Made by a program: the position numbers and the translations under genes | In this document: one piece after another, positions 9,901-20,049 of the stretch | Layout of the letters: each line of letters begins with the position of its first letter | How positions within the stretch are numbered: position 1 is the stretch's first letter | The notes under the pieces: generated by a model | Told to the model about the DNA's origin: nothing | The model's database searches: none | What the model saw: only the letters and a program-made list of their open reading frames with translations | Origin: a virus | Lineage: Duplodnaviria > Caudoviricetes | IMG/VR virus record: IMGVR_UViG_3300008952_000057 | Location: 1 to 56,738 of that record | DNA: 56,738 nt | Strand: one strand, 5' to 3'

Positions 9901-10899
9901 TTACTCTTCTGTTGTTTGGTTATTCTCGGCTGTGCATATACATGATTTTGCTCTCCATGTAACATCCTCAAATATAGGTTCTACTGGTTCTAATCCAGAT
10001 ATACCTAGGTCTGTTAGAGATATTCCTGTTAATGTTAGTTTTATCTCTTCGTTTGCATCCTTTAGGAATTTAATTTCTAAATATGGTGCTGATGAATCTA
10101 ATGTTTCTGCATATGTACCTGCTGTTCCTTTTGCTATTTGGTCTAGAACAACTTCTAAGTTAGTCTTATCTTGTAATGAGATTTTGAATGAACCAGTAAT
10201 ATCGAATACACGTCTGAAACTGTCAACTGCTTGGTGTGAACCTAATCCGTATAAGAAGTCAGAGTTTTGTGCAAATGTAATGCTCAAGTCTTGTACCTTT
10301 CCTAATGTCACGTTATTTTGTTTGATAGTTGCGTGTGCAAATGTATATGGGAATTCAACTGTTGGTTCAGTTGCAACTGCTACTCCACTTGTAGATGGAG
10401 CATCTTCCTCTGCATATGCAATGTCAGCAGAACAGTCAACTGTTCCACCAATTGATGCGTTAATTGTAAGCGATCTCATCATACATCCTTTTAATGTTCT
10501 CCTAATATCATTTGATGTTGATGGAATGTCTATTCCTATTTCAGTAGTAAATGTTGATACATCTTTTGTCTTTGTTCCTGATTTTTGCCAAGTCCATACA
10601 TTTGGTGAACCTGTTACAACCGATGGTTCTCCATAAAATGCTCTTAATATCCATGGGTTAGCTAATACAAAATCAACACTTAGGCTACCAGTCTGTGTTC
10701 CGTATGCATAGTTAGCTAGTTCTGTCTGATTTAGTTCTGCTAGGTCAATTCTATTATTTCCTATAGTCCATGATGAAACTTTGTCTTGAATACCAAATTT
10801 CTTATTTGGTGTTTGTTGGTTACCAGTGCTATAAAGATTAGCATAAGTCTCTTCCCAAGCATATTTTAGCGTACCATACGAGCCAGTAGTTATTGCCAT
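9901..10899 (-). CDS. Major tail tube protein
   Basis: 332 aa, beta-rich. N-terminal YAWEETY and C-terminal ITGSF motifs, canonical position, own TATA box. Confidence 0.8.
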   Translation of the reverse strand: MAITTGSYGTLKYAWEETYANLYSTGNQQTPNKKFGIQDKVSSWTIGNNRIDLAELNQTELANYAYGTQTGSLSVDFVLANPWILRAFYGEPSVVTGSPNVWTWQKSGTKTKDVSTFTTEIGIDIPSTSNDIRRTLKGCMMRSLTINASIGGTVDCSADIAYAEEDAPSTSGVAVATEPTVEFPYTFAHATIKQNNVTLGKVQDLSITFAQNSDFLYGLGSHQAVDSFRRVFDITGSFKISLQDKTNLEVVLDQIAKGTAGTYAETLDSSAPYLEIKFLKDANEEIKLTLTGISLTDLGISGLEPVEPIFEDVTWRAKSCICTAENNQTTEE

Positions 10900-10936
10900 A
10901 ATAAACCCTTACTGTGTTTAGATATAAAGATTTTGC

Positions 10937-11353
10937 TCATGCCAAGTTATAATGTTGCCTATATTGGCATACAACTACATGTCTGAACATATTCCTATAT
11001 TCATCATTTGCAGACACAGACCTTATGACCTGTAGGTCAACAAATCCTGTTCTTCTCAAATTAGCCTTCAAAATCCTTAAAACTTCATTAACAACCTCTG
11101 ATGTCTTATCCTGTTCTCCATATGACCTAACTTCTACTGATATAGGTAACGTATGTAAAAAATCAGTTCCATATAAACTGAAATAATCAATCTTCTCATT
11201 CTTTGGTATTATCACTATCTTGTCTCTCCTATCATCCACAAATCCTACAGATTTTACCTTCCATACTACTTCAATAACAGGTAATTGACCATATGTCCAA
11301 TTATCCTTCAAAAGTACTTTAAGGTCTTCAACTGCATCATATGTTAGAGACAT
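10937..11353 (-). CDS. Tail terminator/completion protein
   Basis: 138 aa directly upstream of the tail tube. ISVEVRS...EVLRIL pattern. Confidence 0.6.
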   Translation of the reverse strand: MSLTYDAVEDLKVLLKDNWTYGQLPVIEVVWKVKSVGFVDDRRDKIVIIPKNEKIDYFSLYGTDFLHTLPISVEVRSYGEQDKTSEVVNEVLRILKANLRRTGFVDLQVIRSVSANDEYRNMFRHVVVCQYRQHYNLA

Positions 11354-11380
11354 AAATTATTACATTCTTCTTAGTATATA

Positions 11381-11965
11381 TTATTTACCTTCCCATTCTG
11401 TTATTCCGTCTATTCTATGAGAGATAAATTTTAACCAGCATTTACATTCACCATCACCAGTCTCATCATCTATCATATAAGGAGCTATAGACCTGTGAGT
11501 GTCTACTTTAATATCTTCTCTATTTTCTGCACTACTTAAAACATATTCTTTCTGTGTATCGTCCATTTGTGAGAACCATGAATTCAATAAATGTTCATCT
11601 CCATCTCCAGCCCATAGTGTTTCTCCATTTTCAAATTTATCATAAGTTATTTCAACATAACTACCGTATGAATATGCTTTATCAAATTCTATACATATTG
11701 TACATGATCTATTTCCTCCTCCTCCATGATAGTGATTTGCTATTTGGTATTCATATCTACATCTATGAGTGAAAAACTGATTTCCATCATCTACATCTGG
11801 ATCTTCTTCAGCTCCAATTTCCTCAAGCCATTCTTTTATTTCTTCCTCTGATTCTGCTTCAACTTCTATCTCGTTTCCATCTCTGTCACCTTCTACAATA
11901 TCATTAAATACCTCTGTTATTTGGTCTGCTACTTTTTTTATAGCATTTTTAATAAATCCAAACAT
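11381..11965 (-). CDS. Acidic hypothetical protein in neck region
   Basis: 194-aa ORF, E/D-rich, with an amphipathic N-terminus. Confidence 0.5.
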   Translation of the reverse strand: MFGFIKNAIKKVADQITEVFNDIVEGDRDGNEIEVEAESEEEIKEWLEEIGAEEDPDVDDGNQFFTHRCRYEYQIANHYHGGGGNRSCTICIEFDKAYSYGSYVEITYDKFENGETLWAGDGDEHLLNSWFSQMDDTQKEYVLSSAENREDIKVDTHRSIAPYMIDDETGDGECKCWLKFISHRIDGITEWEGK

Positions 11966-12604
11966 TTATGGTATCACAAATACTTCTCTGCGATTTATAA
12001 TACAATGTTCAATGTCTTCCTTCCAAGCAGATATCATTTCAGACCAGCTTAATGTATTACCACCTACAGGTAATCTATCCATTCTTAGACTAGTTGTTAA
12101 TATATCAACTGCTGTCATTTTAATTACTGCATCTTTGATATCATCTGGTATTTCTGTATCACCAGCAAAGTTTTCTCCACCATATCTGTATGTAACTCTG
12201 CATCTGTTTTTTCTTAAAATTGAAAATATAAAACCTCTCAAGTATAATCTACCATACTCATATTCTATATCATACCATTGATTATTACCTAGAATATTTT
12301 CCCAAGATGATGATGCTCCTTGCCAAATCTCTATTTTATCACCAGAACTTGAATCTAATTCATAAATGTTTCTATGTTGTAAAAACAATGGAGTACCCCA
12401 ACCAAATGTATATAGTAAAGGTAAATCATGAACTTCTCTTGTAACTTTTTTTGATCTCCATGCATGACCTATTCTTCTCTCTATTTCTGATTCTTTTCGG
12501 TTGATGATTTTTTCAACCTGTGCTTTATTAGGAGTAGTATTAGAATTAATGGGAACCCTGAGAAAATCAGATACATCCTCAACTGTACAGTAAGTTGTAG
12601 CCAT
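11966..12604 (-). CDS. Head-tail adaptor protein
   Basis: YCTVEDV at the N-terminus and VTYRYG...IPDDIKDAVIKMTA at the C-terminus are typical of gp6/gp15-like adaptors. Confidence 0.8.
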   Translation of the reverse strand: MATTYCTVEDVSDFLRVPINSNTTPNKAQVEKIINRKESEIERRIGHAWRSKKVTREVHDLPLLYTFGWGTPLFLQHRNIYELDSSSGDKIEIWQGASSSWENILGNNQWYDIEYEYGRLYLRGFIFSILRKNRCRVTYRYGGENFAGDTEIPDDIKDAVIKMTAVDILTTSLRMDRLPVGGNTLSWSEMISAWKEDIEHCIINRREVFVIP

Positions 12605-12634
12605 AATAATAGTAATTTAACTTTGTATTTAAAT

Positions 12635-12901
12635 TTACTTAAACACAACTGTCCATTCTGCTGAACCTGTTATATCTGCGTAAATACCATCTTCAAATCT
12701 TCTATTAATATCTTGGTAATTACCCTCTATTTCACCAAAAATAGTGAATTCTGTTGTTCCACTAGCACCACCATTTTTAAGGACACATTTTGCTCCACTT
12801 GAACCTTTTTTACTACAAAAGACAGCTACTACTACACCATGACTACCTTTTATAGTTGTATCAGCATTAAATGATATAACATTGTGGTTTAATTCGACCA
12901 T
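12635..12901 (-). CDS. Small beta-rich virion protein (cement/decoration-like)
   Basis: 88 aa with RFEDGIYADITG motif, downstream of MCP, own TATA box. Confidence 0.5.
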   Translation of the reverse strand: MVELNHNVISFNADTTIKGSHGVVVAVFCSKKGSSGAKCVLKNGGASGTTEFTIFGEIEGNYQDINRRFEDGIYADITGSAEWTVVFK

Positions 12902-12936
12902 ACAATCAGTGATTAAGTATTATATATAAACTTTGT

Positions 12937-12960
12937 GAAAAAAAAAGAAAAAAAAGAAGA
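12937..12960 (-). terminator. Oligo-T terminator
   Basis: A-runs on + (T-runs on -) just after the stop of 12972..13331. Confidence 0.6.
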
Positions 12961-12971
12961 CTTTTTGGACT

Positions 12972-13331
12972 CTAGTAGCCTATGACTAGAAACTCGAATA
13001 TTTTAGATGCACAAGTTGAGCTGGTATTTGTTACTTCAACAAATTTGGCTTCTGCTCCTCCACCTACGTTATATAGTTGGATTTTCTCGTTGTCTTTGTC
13101 ATATCTTACTTCCTGTAAACAAGTTGAATATGTTGGTATTACAGCAACGAGTGTGGAAATTCTGTTCTCTTTGAGGTCAGCCGACACTCCTCCTGTTACA
13201 TAGTTATCACCACTACCGAAGGTAACTTTGATACTATATATTCGCAATTTTGAAACTAATGCTGCGTTGAAAGATAATGTCTTTCTAACATTAGCTGCTG
13301 TCCAATCGGATGTACTGATTGTAATTGCCAT
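12972..13331 (-). CDS. Capsid decoration protein (putative)
   Basis: 119 aa with YVTGG...YD...K.QLY...FLVIGY pattern, adjacent to MCP. Confidence 0.5.
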   Translation of the reverse strand: MAITISTSDWTAANVRKTLSFNAALVSKLRIYSIKVTFGSGDNYVTGGVSADLKENRISTLVAVIPTYSTCLQEVRYDKDNEKIQLYNVGGGAEAKFVEVTNTSSTCASKIFEFLVIGY

Positions 13332-13367
13332 TACAAAATATGTTATCTATTCTTATATAAAGATTGC

Positions 13368-13517
13368 TTATTTGTTACTTTCGTATATGTTAATAAGATT
13401 TTGGATTATTTTTCTCCTATATCTATTATACTCTGTGTCATCTTTTATATTAGATATAATATTATTCCAATCTTTATAGTGTAAATCCCATGTTTTTTTA
13501 TCACTATAAAATTCCAT
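13368..13517 (-). CDS. 49-aa hypothetical protein with own promoter (moron-like)
   Basis: MEFYSDKKTWDLHYKDW...YESNK, very AT-rich. AACATTTAAAT box ~23 nt upstream. Confidence 0.55.
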   Translation of the reverse strand: MEFYSDKKTWDLHYKDWNNIISNIKDDTEYNRYRRKIIQNLINIYESNK

Positions 13518-13551
13518 AAAATGTGATGCAGTCAGCCTTATTTAAATGTTT

Positions 13552-13588
13552 AAAAAAAAAGGGGTTTTATAGATTACAAGATCCCCAC
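13552..13588 (-). terminator. MCP terminator
   Basis: On - strand GGGG...CCCC followed by a long T run, just after the MCP stop. Confidence 0.65.
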
Positions 13589-13597
13589 TTTAGTTGC

Positions 13598-14827
13598 CTA
13601 AAGTTTAATATCTCTAATCTTACCTTGACTCTTGAAGTGACGACAAACAGTTTCACCCATTGTTCTGAAAACGCCTTTCTCAACGAATGCGTTATTAACA
13701 AATGGATAAGCTGGTGAACGTCTTGTAGCTTCGTAATACTCAGTAGGAATTGCGATTTGAATTCCGATTCTTGGATATCCGTAGCCCTCACTGTCACTTG
13801 TGTCAAATGCGAATAGTCTACCAATTTCTGATGAGTCACCAGAGTTTGATGGAGCATCCTTACTTGGAATGAATGGGATTCCATAGATTGAATCTACGTG
13901 AATTCCGACACCTGTGCCTCGGAAGGTTTGAATTCCATTTACGTCAACTTGTACTAATGCTTCACCGTATGGGTTTGGAATACGGACTGAAGGCATGTAT
14001 AAGCCTTGGATTTCGGAATATACTTCGTGAGATCCCAAAAATACATTAGGATCTTTACCTGCTGCGATACGAATCTTTCTAAGGAAAGTTCTTAAGGTAT
14101 CATCGGTCAAAACGCCATTTGTACCAATTGTGCCTGATGCACTCTCAACTGTACAGTCAAAGTCTGTACCACTATCTCTATCAATGGTTGCGTTTGCTGC
14201 CCATGGATCGTAATAGCTTGTGTGTGAGCCACCTAATGCTGTCTCCTCTGCACCACTTGATACAATTCTATCTAGTGATTCAAAGTTGGTGGTACCAGTG
14301 TTGTTACCTGATGATCCTGCTGCTTCGGATTCAACGTCTGCTAAAAGCATTCTATTTAGGAATTCTTTGTGTTGTACAGCCATATACAATCTGAGAGAAC
14401 CAAGTCCTCCCCAAATGTCATCTTTAGAGTGTGTTGCCAACCATTCCATAACTTCAGATGCACTGAAAGGCAACTGAGCAGTTTTTGGACGTACATCAAT
14501 TTCTTGAAGTGTTGGTTTTACTGTCTCTGCGATGGTACCACCTTCTGATGTTCCACCTAATGCAGTGTTACCACTGATGGTGTTCAGAGTTGGCTTAGCT
14601 GTAATGACCCTCCATCCAGATTTATCCCATGGGTATTTTGGCAATATACCGAAGGCATTCGCCTCCAAATTCAATTGCGCCCATGCGTAAGCTCCATAAA
14701 TAGCGTTAAAAACGCCAGTTGTGGATGTTGTTACTGGTGCGTCGGCTTTACGGAGGAGATTACGGTTATATCCGTAATAGAGTGCTTCAAGTTCATCGAT
14801 AGTTTTTATTTGAACCATATCTACCAC
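13598..14827 (-). CDS. Major capsid protein (HK97-like fold)
   Basis: ~406-409 aa following protease and scaffold, with strong codon bias and a downstream terminator. ESLDRIV and YGIPFIPSKD motifs. Likely start ATG 14818. Confidence 0.85.
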   Translation of the reverse strand: MVDMVQIKTIDELEALYYGYNRNLLRKADAPVTTSTTGVFNAIYGAYAWAQLNLEANAFGILPKYPWDKSGWRVITAKPTLNTISGNTALGGTSEGGTIAETVKPTLQEIDVRPKTAQLPFSASEVMEWLATHSKDDIWGGLGSLRLYMAVQHKEFLNRMLLADVESEAAGSSGNNTGTTNFESLDRIVSSGAEETALGGSHTSYYDPWAANATIDRDSGTDFDCTVESASGTIGTNGVLTDDTLRTFLRKIRIAAGKDPNVFLGSHEVYSEIQGLYMPSVRIPNPYGEALVQVDVNGIQTFRGTGVGIHVDSIYGIPFIPSKDAPSNSGDSSEIGRLFAFDTSDSEGYGYPRIGIQIAIPTEYYEATRRSPAYPFVNNAFVEKGVFRTMGETVCRHFKSQGKIRDIKL

Positions 14828-15447
14828 TGTCCGACCTCATCTTGGGTTGGTTTGTAGTATTTACCGTTCAGGATGTTTTGTGCAACTGTACTTAGTCCTT
14901 CAAAACCATTTGATCTAGCATCTTTTAGGATTGGACTAAAGTCTTTTCCAAATTCTGCTTTATCAACGTTCTCTAATGAGTTTGGTCTTGGGGTCTCTGT
15001 TGTAAAGGTATGTTCTGCCTTTTCAACAATTCGAGTTGCTTTACCGATTGGTTTCTCTTGACCTGATAGTTTTGAATCATCGTCAGATGTATCATCACCA
15101 TCATCATCTAATCCACTTTGTTCTCCTTGAGGGTAAGGTTTTTCTGGAGCTTTGGTTTCTGTACCAACGTCTTCTTTGTCAGCAGTTCCTTTTGGTGCTG
15201 CTGGAAGGTCGGTAGGTTGTTCCAATGCTTTAACCCTATCATCAATTACTTGAACTGAGTCGAGTAGTGATTTCTGAGATTCTGCAATTACTTGCAGATT
15301 GTCAGTGATTGTGTCAAAAGTTGACTTGACGGTTTCCTCGAAGTAGGATTTCTCCTTTTCTTCGTGTTTAGAGTCTTTGGTGTCTGCTTCTTCGACTTTT
15401 TTGTCTTCAGAAGCATCTACTTTTGAATCTTTTTCGTTTTCAGCCAT
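14821..15447 (-). CDS. Capsid scaffolding protein
   Basis: 208 aa, acidic, with a coiled-coil segment, directly upstream of MCP. Confidence 0.7.
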   Translation of the reverse strand: MAENEKDSKVDASEDKKVEEADTKDSKHEEKEKSYFEETVKSTFDTITDNLQVIAESQKSLLDSVQVIDDRVKALEQPTDLPAAPKGTADKEDVGTETKAPEKPYPQGEQSGLDDDGDDTSDDDSKLSGQEKPIGKATRIVEKAEHTFTTETPRPNSLENVDKAEFGKDFSPILKDARSNGFEGLSTVAQNILNGKYYKPTQDEVGQW

Positions 15448-15499
15448 GTTATTAATAAAGATTTATAATGTGTGTTTATAAGTATTTCGTTTATATACC

Positions 15500-18229
15500 C
15501 TAATTAGTTTTTGGTTTTCTTTTAACTGATCTAGGCATATATTTGTTTCCACGCATCTGATTATTTAATTTATTGTTGGTTATTTGAGCAGAATTACCAC
15601 TTCCTTGTGCGAAAGTTGAACCATCACCTACGTTATGTCGAATTAAACCTCCAATTGACCCTGTACCTTCTTCTCCCTTCTGTCTTGCATCTCCATTATG
15701 TGGTAAACCTTGTTCTATAGGTACTCCAAACTCCTCGTCATCCTCATCAGATTCGGTTTTCTTTGGTTGAGGTAATCCACTTCCTATCCATGTATCTTGA
15801 CTAGCCTCTTGAGTATACATCCTATGTGCATCTCCCTGTGAGTTTGAATGGTCTCTATTTTTCTTTTTTCCTGTTGTTTCTTGTTTAATACCTAATGGTT
15901 CTAAAAGAAGTCTTTCTAATGTTTTTGGCATTTCATCTATTATCTTATCTCCTGTACTCTGTGGTCTCGCTTTGTCTGTTTTTTCATATGGATGGTCTTT
16001 TGAATATTGTTCTTCTATTTTTCTTTTAATCCTGCTTAATTTATCTTTAATATCTCCCAATGATGATGTTTTATGTTCTAATTTTTTTCTTTTTTTATCT
16101 GCTATTATTTTATCCAAAGCGTCTTCGTCAGGTAGTTTTTTTGCCTCTCTCCTTGAAAGAGTACCCATTCTTTTCTGCCAAGGGTCTTTCTGTCTACTTA
16201 GTTTTCTTGCAGTTTGAAATTCTGCTAGAGTCATACCATCAGGTAACTTACTTTCTGCTAATATAGCACTATTAGCTGAATAACCTTCCCCCCTTGGTTT
16301 AGGTTTAGTTGGGTTCTTCTGGAATGGACTACTTCTTTTTCTCTTGATTATATCATCCAGAGATTTGATTTTCTTTTTTCCTTTCTTTCCACTTAATACT
16401 GATGAAAGTTCCAATGCATCGAATTTTGGTTTTGGTTTTTTATTCCTTGCATTTATTTGGGCTATTAATTTATCTAAATCAGCTTCTGTTGGTAATATCC
16501 TTTTCTCAGACTGATAAGATCTTGGATTTTTCAATCTTTTTTTAGCTCTTTCTGCTTGAACTTCTTTAAGTGTTTTACCTTCATCGGATGCTCTTCCTTC
16601 AGCTCCTACAGGTGAATGCGATGATGGTTTTCTAACAAATTTTAATGCATTATCTATAATTGCTTTCTTCTCTTCATCATATAAAACATCTTTTTTACCT
16701 CTTTTTCTTTTACCCATCTGTGATAATAATTTACCTAATGCGTTAGTCTTCTTCTTTTCTTTTTTAGGTTTATCTTCTTCTGGTTCTTCTACTTTATGTC
16801 CTCTTTTAGGAAGATAAAATTCTGCACCATGTCTACCCTTTTTCGCCTCTTCTTCCTTTTTTCTTTTTTTATCTTCTATTATTTCTTTTAAGGCGTTAAA
16901 GTGAATAGGTTTGTCTATATGTGTTTGATATTTGTTTTCTTTATTTGGGGTTTCTGGACGAGTTTTTTTTTTACTTAGCATCGTTTTTATTTCATCTGCA
17001 ATAAACTGTGATTTCAATTTGTCTGAAGACTTGATTGCATTAGCTTCAGATTCATATAAATCAGACATTCTGGTCTCTTTCTTCTGTCCATGATGTATAT
17101 TCTGTGGTTTATGCTTACCGTCAATAATTAACTGACTTTCTACTTGTTGAATTGTTTTTTTATTTTTCTTTTCAACCTCTTCCTTCTCAGTTGAAACTCT
17201 TGGACTGTCAGGCATTTGTGAAAAGTTAGTTGATGTATCAGTTCCATATGGTGAATCTTTTGTAATACCATGTTCTGATAAAGGTTTATTACAAGTTGGA
17301 CATATCATATTTTGCTCTTCTTTTGATAAGAACATATCAACTGTATTTATGTATTTTTGTGCATCTGATTTTTCTAATTTTTGTTGAATAGCTCCACACC
17401 ATCCTTCTGGATTATCTTTATCTTTGTTATTATTAACACATTGTTGGAAACTACCACTTCCACCTTTACCGTCTGGTATAGGCTTTGTAATGTTTTCTCC
17501 TTTCTCTACACCTTCTGCTTGTTCTTCATCGGCAGTAGGGTTGTTTGCTGCAAGTGATTCATCTTGGTTTCTATGGCTAATAGATTCTTCATCTCTACTT
17601 ACTCCTTTTTCCTGTCCATTTGAACCGTTATTCTTTTCTATAAAACAACCTACACTGTTACATCTAATAACAAGTTTGTCATCTCTCTTCTCAGAGTTTG
17701 TAAAACTTTTTGCAACTTGGTTGTAGTCTGTGATAACTGCTAGTGGCACTGCTGGTTCCTTACAAACAGCTACCTCATAATGTTCTAACTTTGATAATGC
17801 ATATGCTATTGAACCGTCTTTCATTCTCATTGGTTCTCTGTCAGCTTTGGTTGCTCCACCAAATGATAATCCCTTATATTCACCAGTTTTAATTTTACTC
17901 CATATCTCATTATCCAATTCATAGTCCTTATGAATCATTCCAGTGATTTTTATTGCTGGGTATATATCACCATCTGGACTCTCGTAATTAGCTTTTGCAA
18001 AGTTGATACCTTTACCTACTATCCTATTGGAGTGTGTATCACTGATTGGTGCTCCTCTAGCCATCCAAACAGGTAAAACTTTGTATAATTCGTCGACAAT
18101 TGTAACTTCTCCCTGCTTATCCTTGACTTGGACTGTTAAATAGCCCTCAAAGAACCGTTGATCTGAGTCAACTGGTTCCAAGCTCTTAGTAATAAGTTGG
18201 GAGAACTGTAATATTGATTCTTCATCCAT
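15500..18229 (-). CDS. HK97-type prohead protease with ~700-aa low-complexity extension
   Basis: FEGY...DKQGE...H...GLSFGG...EVAVC..PA motifs in the first ~190 aa. Start MDEES is 23 nt from the TATA at 18253-18258. Confidence 0.85.
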   Translation of the reverse strand: MDEESILQFSQLITKSLEPVDSDQRFFEGYLTVQVKDKQGEVTIVDELYKVLPVWMARGAPISDTHSNRIVGKGINFAKANYESPDGDIYPAIKITGMIHKDYELDNEIWSKIKTGEYKGLSFGGATKADREPMRMKDGSIAYALSKLEHYEVAVCKEPAVPLAVITDYNQVAKSFTNSEKRDDKLVIRCNSVGCFIEKNNGSNGQEKGVSRDEESISHRNQDESLAANNPTADEEQAEGVEKGENITKPIPDGKGGSGSFQQCVNNNKDKDNPEGWCGAIQQKLEKSDAQKYINTVDMFLSKEEQNMICPTCNKPLSEHGITKDSPYGTDTSTNFSQMPDSPRVSTEKEEVEKKNKKTIQQVESQLIIDGKHKPQNIHHGQKKETRMSDLYESEANAIKSSDKLKSQFIADEIKTMLSKKKTRPETPNKENKYQTHIDKPIHFNALKEIIEDKKRKKEEEAKKGRHGAEFYLPKRGHKVEEPEEDKPKKEKKKTNALGKLLSQMGKRKRGKKDVLYDEEKKAIIDNALKFVRKPSSHSPVGAEGRASDEGKTLKEVQAERAKKRLKNPRSYQSEKRILPTEADLDKLIAQINARNKKPKPKFDALELSSVLSGKKGKKKIKSLDDIIKRKRSSPFQKNPTKPKPRGEGYSANSAILAESKLPDGMTLAEFQTARKLSRQKDPWQKRMGTLSRREAKKLPDEDALDKIIADKKRKKLEHKTSSLGDIKDKLSRIKRKIEEQYSKDHPYEKTDKARPQSTGDKIIDEMPKTLERLLLEPLGIKQETTGKKKNRDHSNSQGDAHRMYTQEASQDTWIGSGLPQPKKTESDEDDEEFGVPIEQGLPHNGDARQKGEEGTGSIGGLIRHNVGDGSTFAQGSGNSAQITNNKLNNQMRGNKYMPRSVKRKPKTN

Positions 18230-18308
18230 GAATGAGTGTCTACCTATTAATATATAAATATTCATGAAAAAGGGGAAAGGGGTGGGTTATTCGCCCAAAA
18301 TATACCTC

Positions 18309-18569
18309 TTACTCTTTTTTTGCTTTGGAAACAGCGAAGTCTGCTGCGAAACCAGTGGTCAAACCTATTAAGGCTAAACCAACCTCTCCAATGCCTTCAA
18401 CTGCAATAGTTTGTGCTATTGCGACTGCTGCAAATGTAGAGATGATTAAAGCACCTGCGAGTTTCCTTGCCGAGTAAGATTCATCTTCTCTATGTAGGTA
18501 ACCTCTTAGTGTGTTTAACCCTGCACCAACGACTGCTGCGCCAACAGTTATTAATACTGGATCTACCAT
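18309..18569 (-). CDS. Small membrane protein (holin-like)
   Basis: 86 aa with three hydrophobic segments and a basic C-terminus. Confidence 0.5.
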   Translation of the reverse strand: MVDPVLITVGAAVVGAGLNTLRGYLHREDESYSARKLAGALIISTFAAVAIAQTIAVEGIGEVGLALIGLTTGFAADFAVSKAKKE

Positions 18570-18605
18570 GAAAATTTGATTTCAAATACTCTTATAAACT
18601 TTGTG

Positions 18606-18851
18606 TCAATCTTTTATAAGCTTACTGACTAAATCTTCCATGTTTGAGTCAGCTTTGTCATGAATTCTATTAGTTTGTCTATCTAGAGCAGTTGCTAAAA
18701 TAATCATGGCTCTCTGTAACTGCTCCACTTTTTTACAGAGATCACTTTGGGTATTACTCAGTTTTCTGAAAAATGCAAGTAATGTACCTCCTATTCCTAG
18801 GATTAATGCTAGTACTATTTCTGTAAATAGACTATCAAGCATTTCAATCAT
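18606..18851 (-). CDS. Single-TM coiled-coil protein
   Basis: N-terminal TM (IVLALILGIGGTLLAFF) followed by heptads. Confidence 0.55.
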   Translation of the reverse strand: MIEMLDSLFTEIVLALILGIGGTLLAFFRKLSNTQSDLCKKVEQLQRAMIILATALDRQTNRIHDKADSNMEDLVSKLIKD

Positions 18852-18880
18852 ATAAATACGTAGAAATGGATGTATTTAAA

Positions 18881-19102
18881 TTATTCAGCTATTAATGGTT
18901 TCAAACGTTTGTCTGCTATCATTTGTAAAATTATATTCGGATCTCTTACCATAATTTCAACGAATTCATCACTAACAGATGAAGAACCACCAATAAATCT
19001 TCCACACACATAACAAATATAAAATGTTATATAGGGATTGTTTGGGTCATAATACCCATACGTTTTACTTTTACATTCGTCACAATTGTCATTTTCACTC
19101 AT
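18881..19102 (-). CDS. Zinc-ribbon protein
   Basis: CDEC and CYVCG pairs. Confidence 0.6.
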   Translation of the reverse strand: MSENDNCDECKSKTYGYYDPNNPYITFYICYVCGRFIGGSSSVSDEFVEIMVRDPNIILQMIADKRLKPLIAE

Positions 19103-19149
19103 GAAATGAAATGCAAACGCTTATTAATAAGGATTAAGTTCCCATTATA

Positions 19150-19605
19150 ATGGGAATAGCTTTTTACGTTTATGAAAACTTAGATGAGTTTGCAAAATGG
19201 TATAAAGATAAGGTTGAAGAGAAAAGAGAAGTTAATGAATCATGCATACTTGTATCAGATATGTATATCAAACCAAAAGAAGAAAAATTATTAATATCAT
19301 TAAAAAATGAAACGTTGTTCAAAAACCCTGATGTTTCACGTTCTATAGCTTGTTATCAAGATTCTAATATTTTAAACTACATAACTGACGAACATATTCT
19401 TGTGTTATATGATAAAGTTCAATTTGACCCTAAAAAGAATCAATTACAATTTTATCCTAAAAAAATAGGTAAACCAATGTTAATAGTACCAGTAGGGAGA
19501 TATTATGGTGATATTCCAAATAAAAAACAAACAATTGAATGGGCTTTCAAATTCTTTGACTTACACGCAAATAGAGTAAATTTTATTCTAAAAGAGAAAA
19601 AATAA
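19150..19605 (+). CDS. Hypothetical protein, opposite orientation within structural block
   Basis: 151-aa ORF with a TTATTAAT box upstream. Confidence 0.65.
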   Translation: MGIAFYVYENLDEFAKWYKDKVEEKREVNESCILVSDMYIKPKEEKLLISLKNETLFKNPDVSRSIACYQDSNILNYITDEHILVLYDKVQFDPKKNQLQFYPKKIGKPMLIVPVGRYYGDIPNKKQTIEWAFKFFDLHANRVNFILKEKK

Positions 19606-20049
19606 CTATCTTTTATTCTGTGAACCGTCGTTCATTAAAACAGACCAATCTTTTCCTAATTTCTTTTTCATTTTAATCCAGAATGGGTCAGCACCAAACA
19701 TACCACCTTTCTTATTATATGCTTTAGTGACATTTGCTATTTTTCTATGACAACTCCTACAGAACCTTGCATTAATCTCCTCAATGTGAAATTTATGTTC
19801 TCCACAGAAATAACATAATCCATACATTTTATCAGACATTTTTGCCAATAATGGTTCTCTTCCTCGCTTACCAGCACAATCACCACATATTGTAGCTATC
19901 GTGGCTGCAGCAACATCCCTTTTGAAACAGTTTATACATATAGCCTCTTTATAATGGTCTACATGGGTATATTCATCGGCTTGATGATTTTTCCAGAGTT
20001 TTTTGGTAAAATCATTGTCTCCAGAGTTGTTATTTAATGAAGTTGCCAT
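19606..20049 (-). CDS. Multi-CxxC zinc-finger protein
   Basis: CINC, CGDC, CYFC and CRSC. Confidence 0.7.
   Translation of the reverse strand: MATSLNNNSGDNDFTKKLWKNHQADEYTHVDHYKEAICINCFKRDVAAATIATICGDCAGKRGREPLLAKMSDKMYGLCYFCGEHKFHIEEINARFCRSCHRKIANVTKAYNKKGGMFGADPFWIKMKKKLGKDWSVLMNDGSQNKR

Noticed and set aside
13567-13884. Overlapping 105-aa gene or frameshift extension of MCP
   Set aside because: Alternate frame of a codon-biased gene running into the terminator. I saw no slippery site or protein motif.
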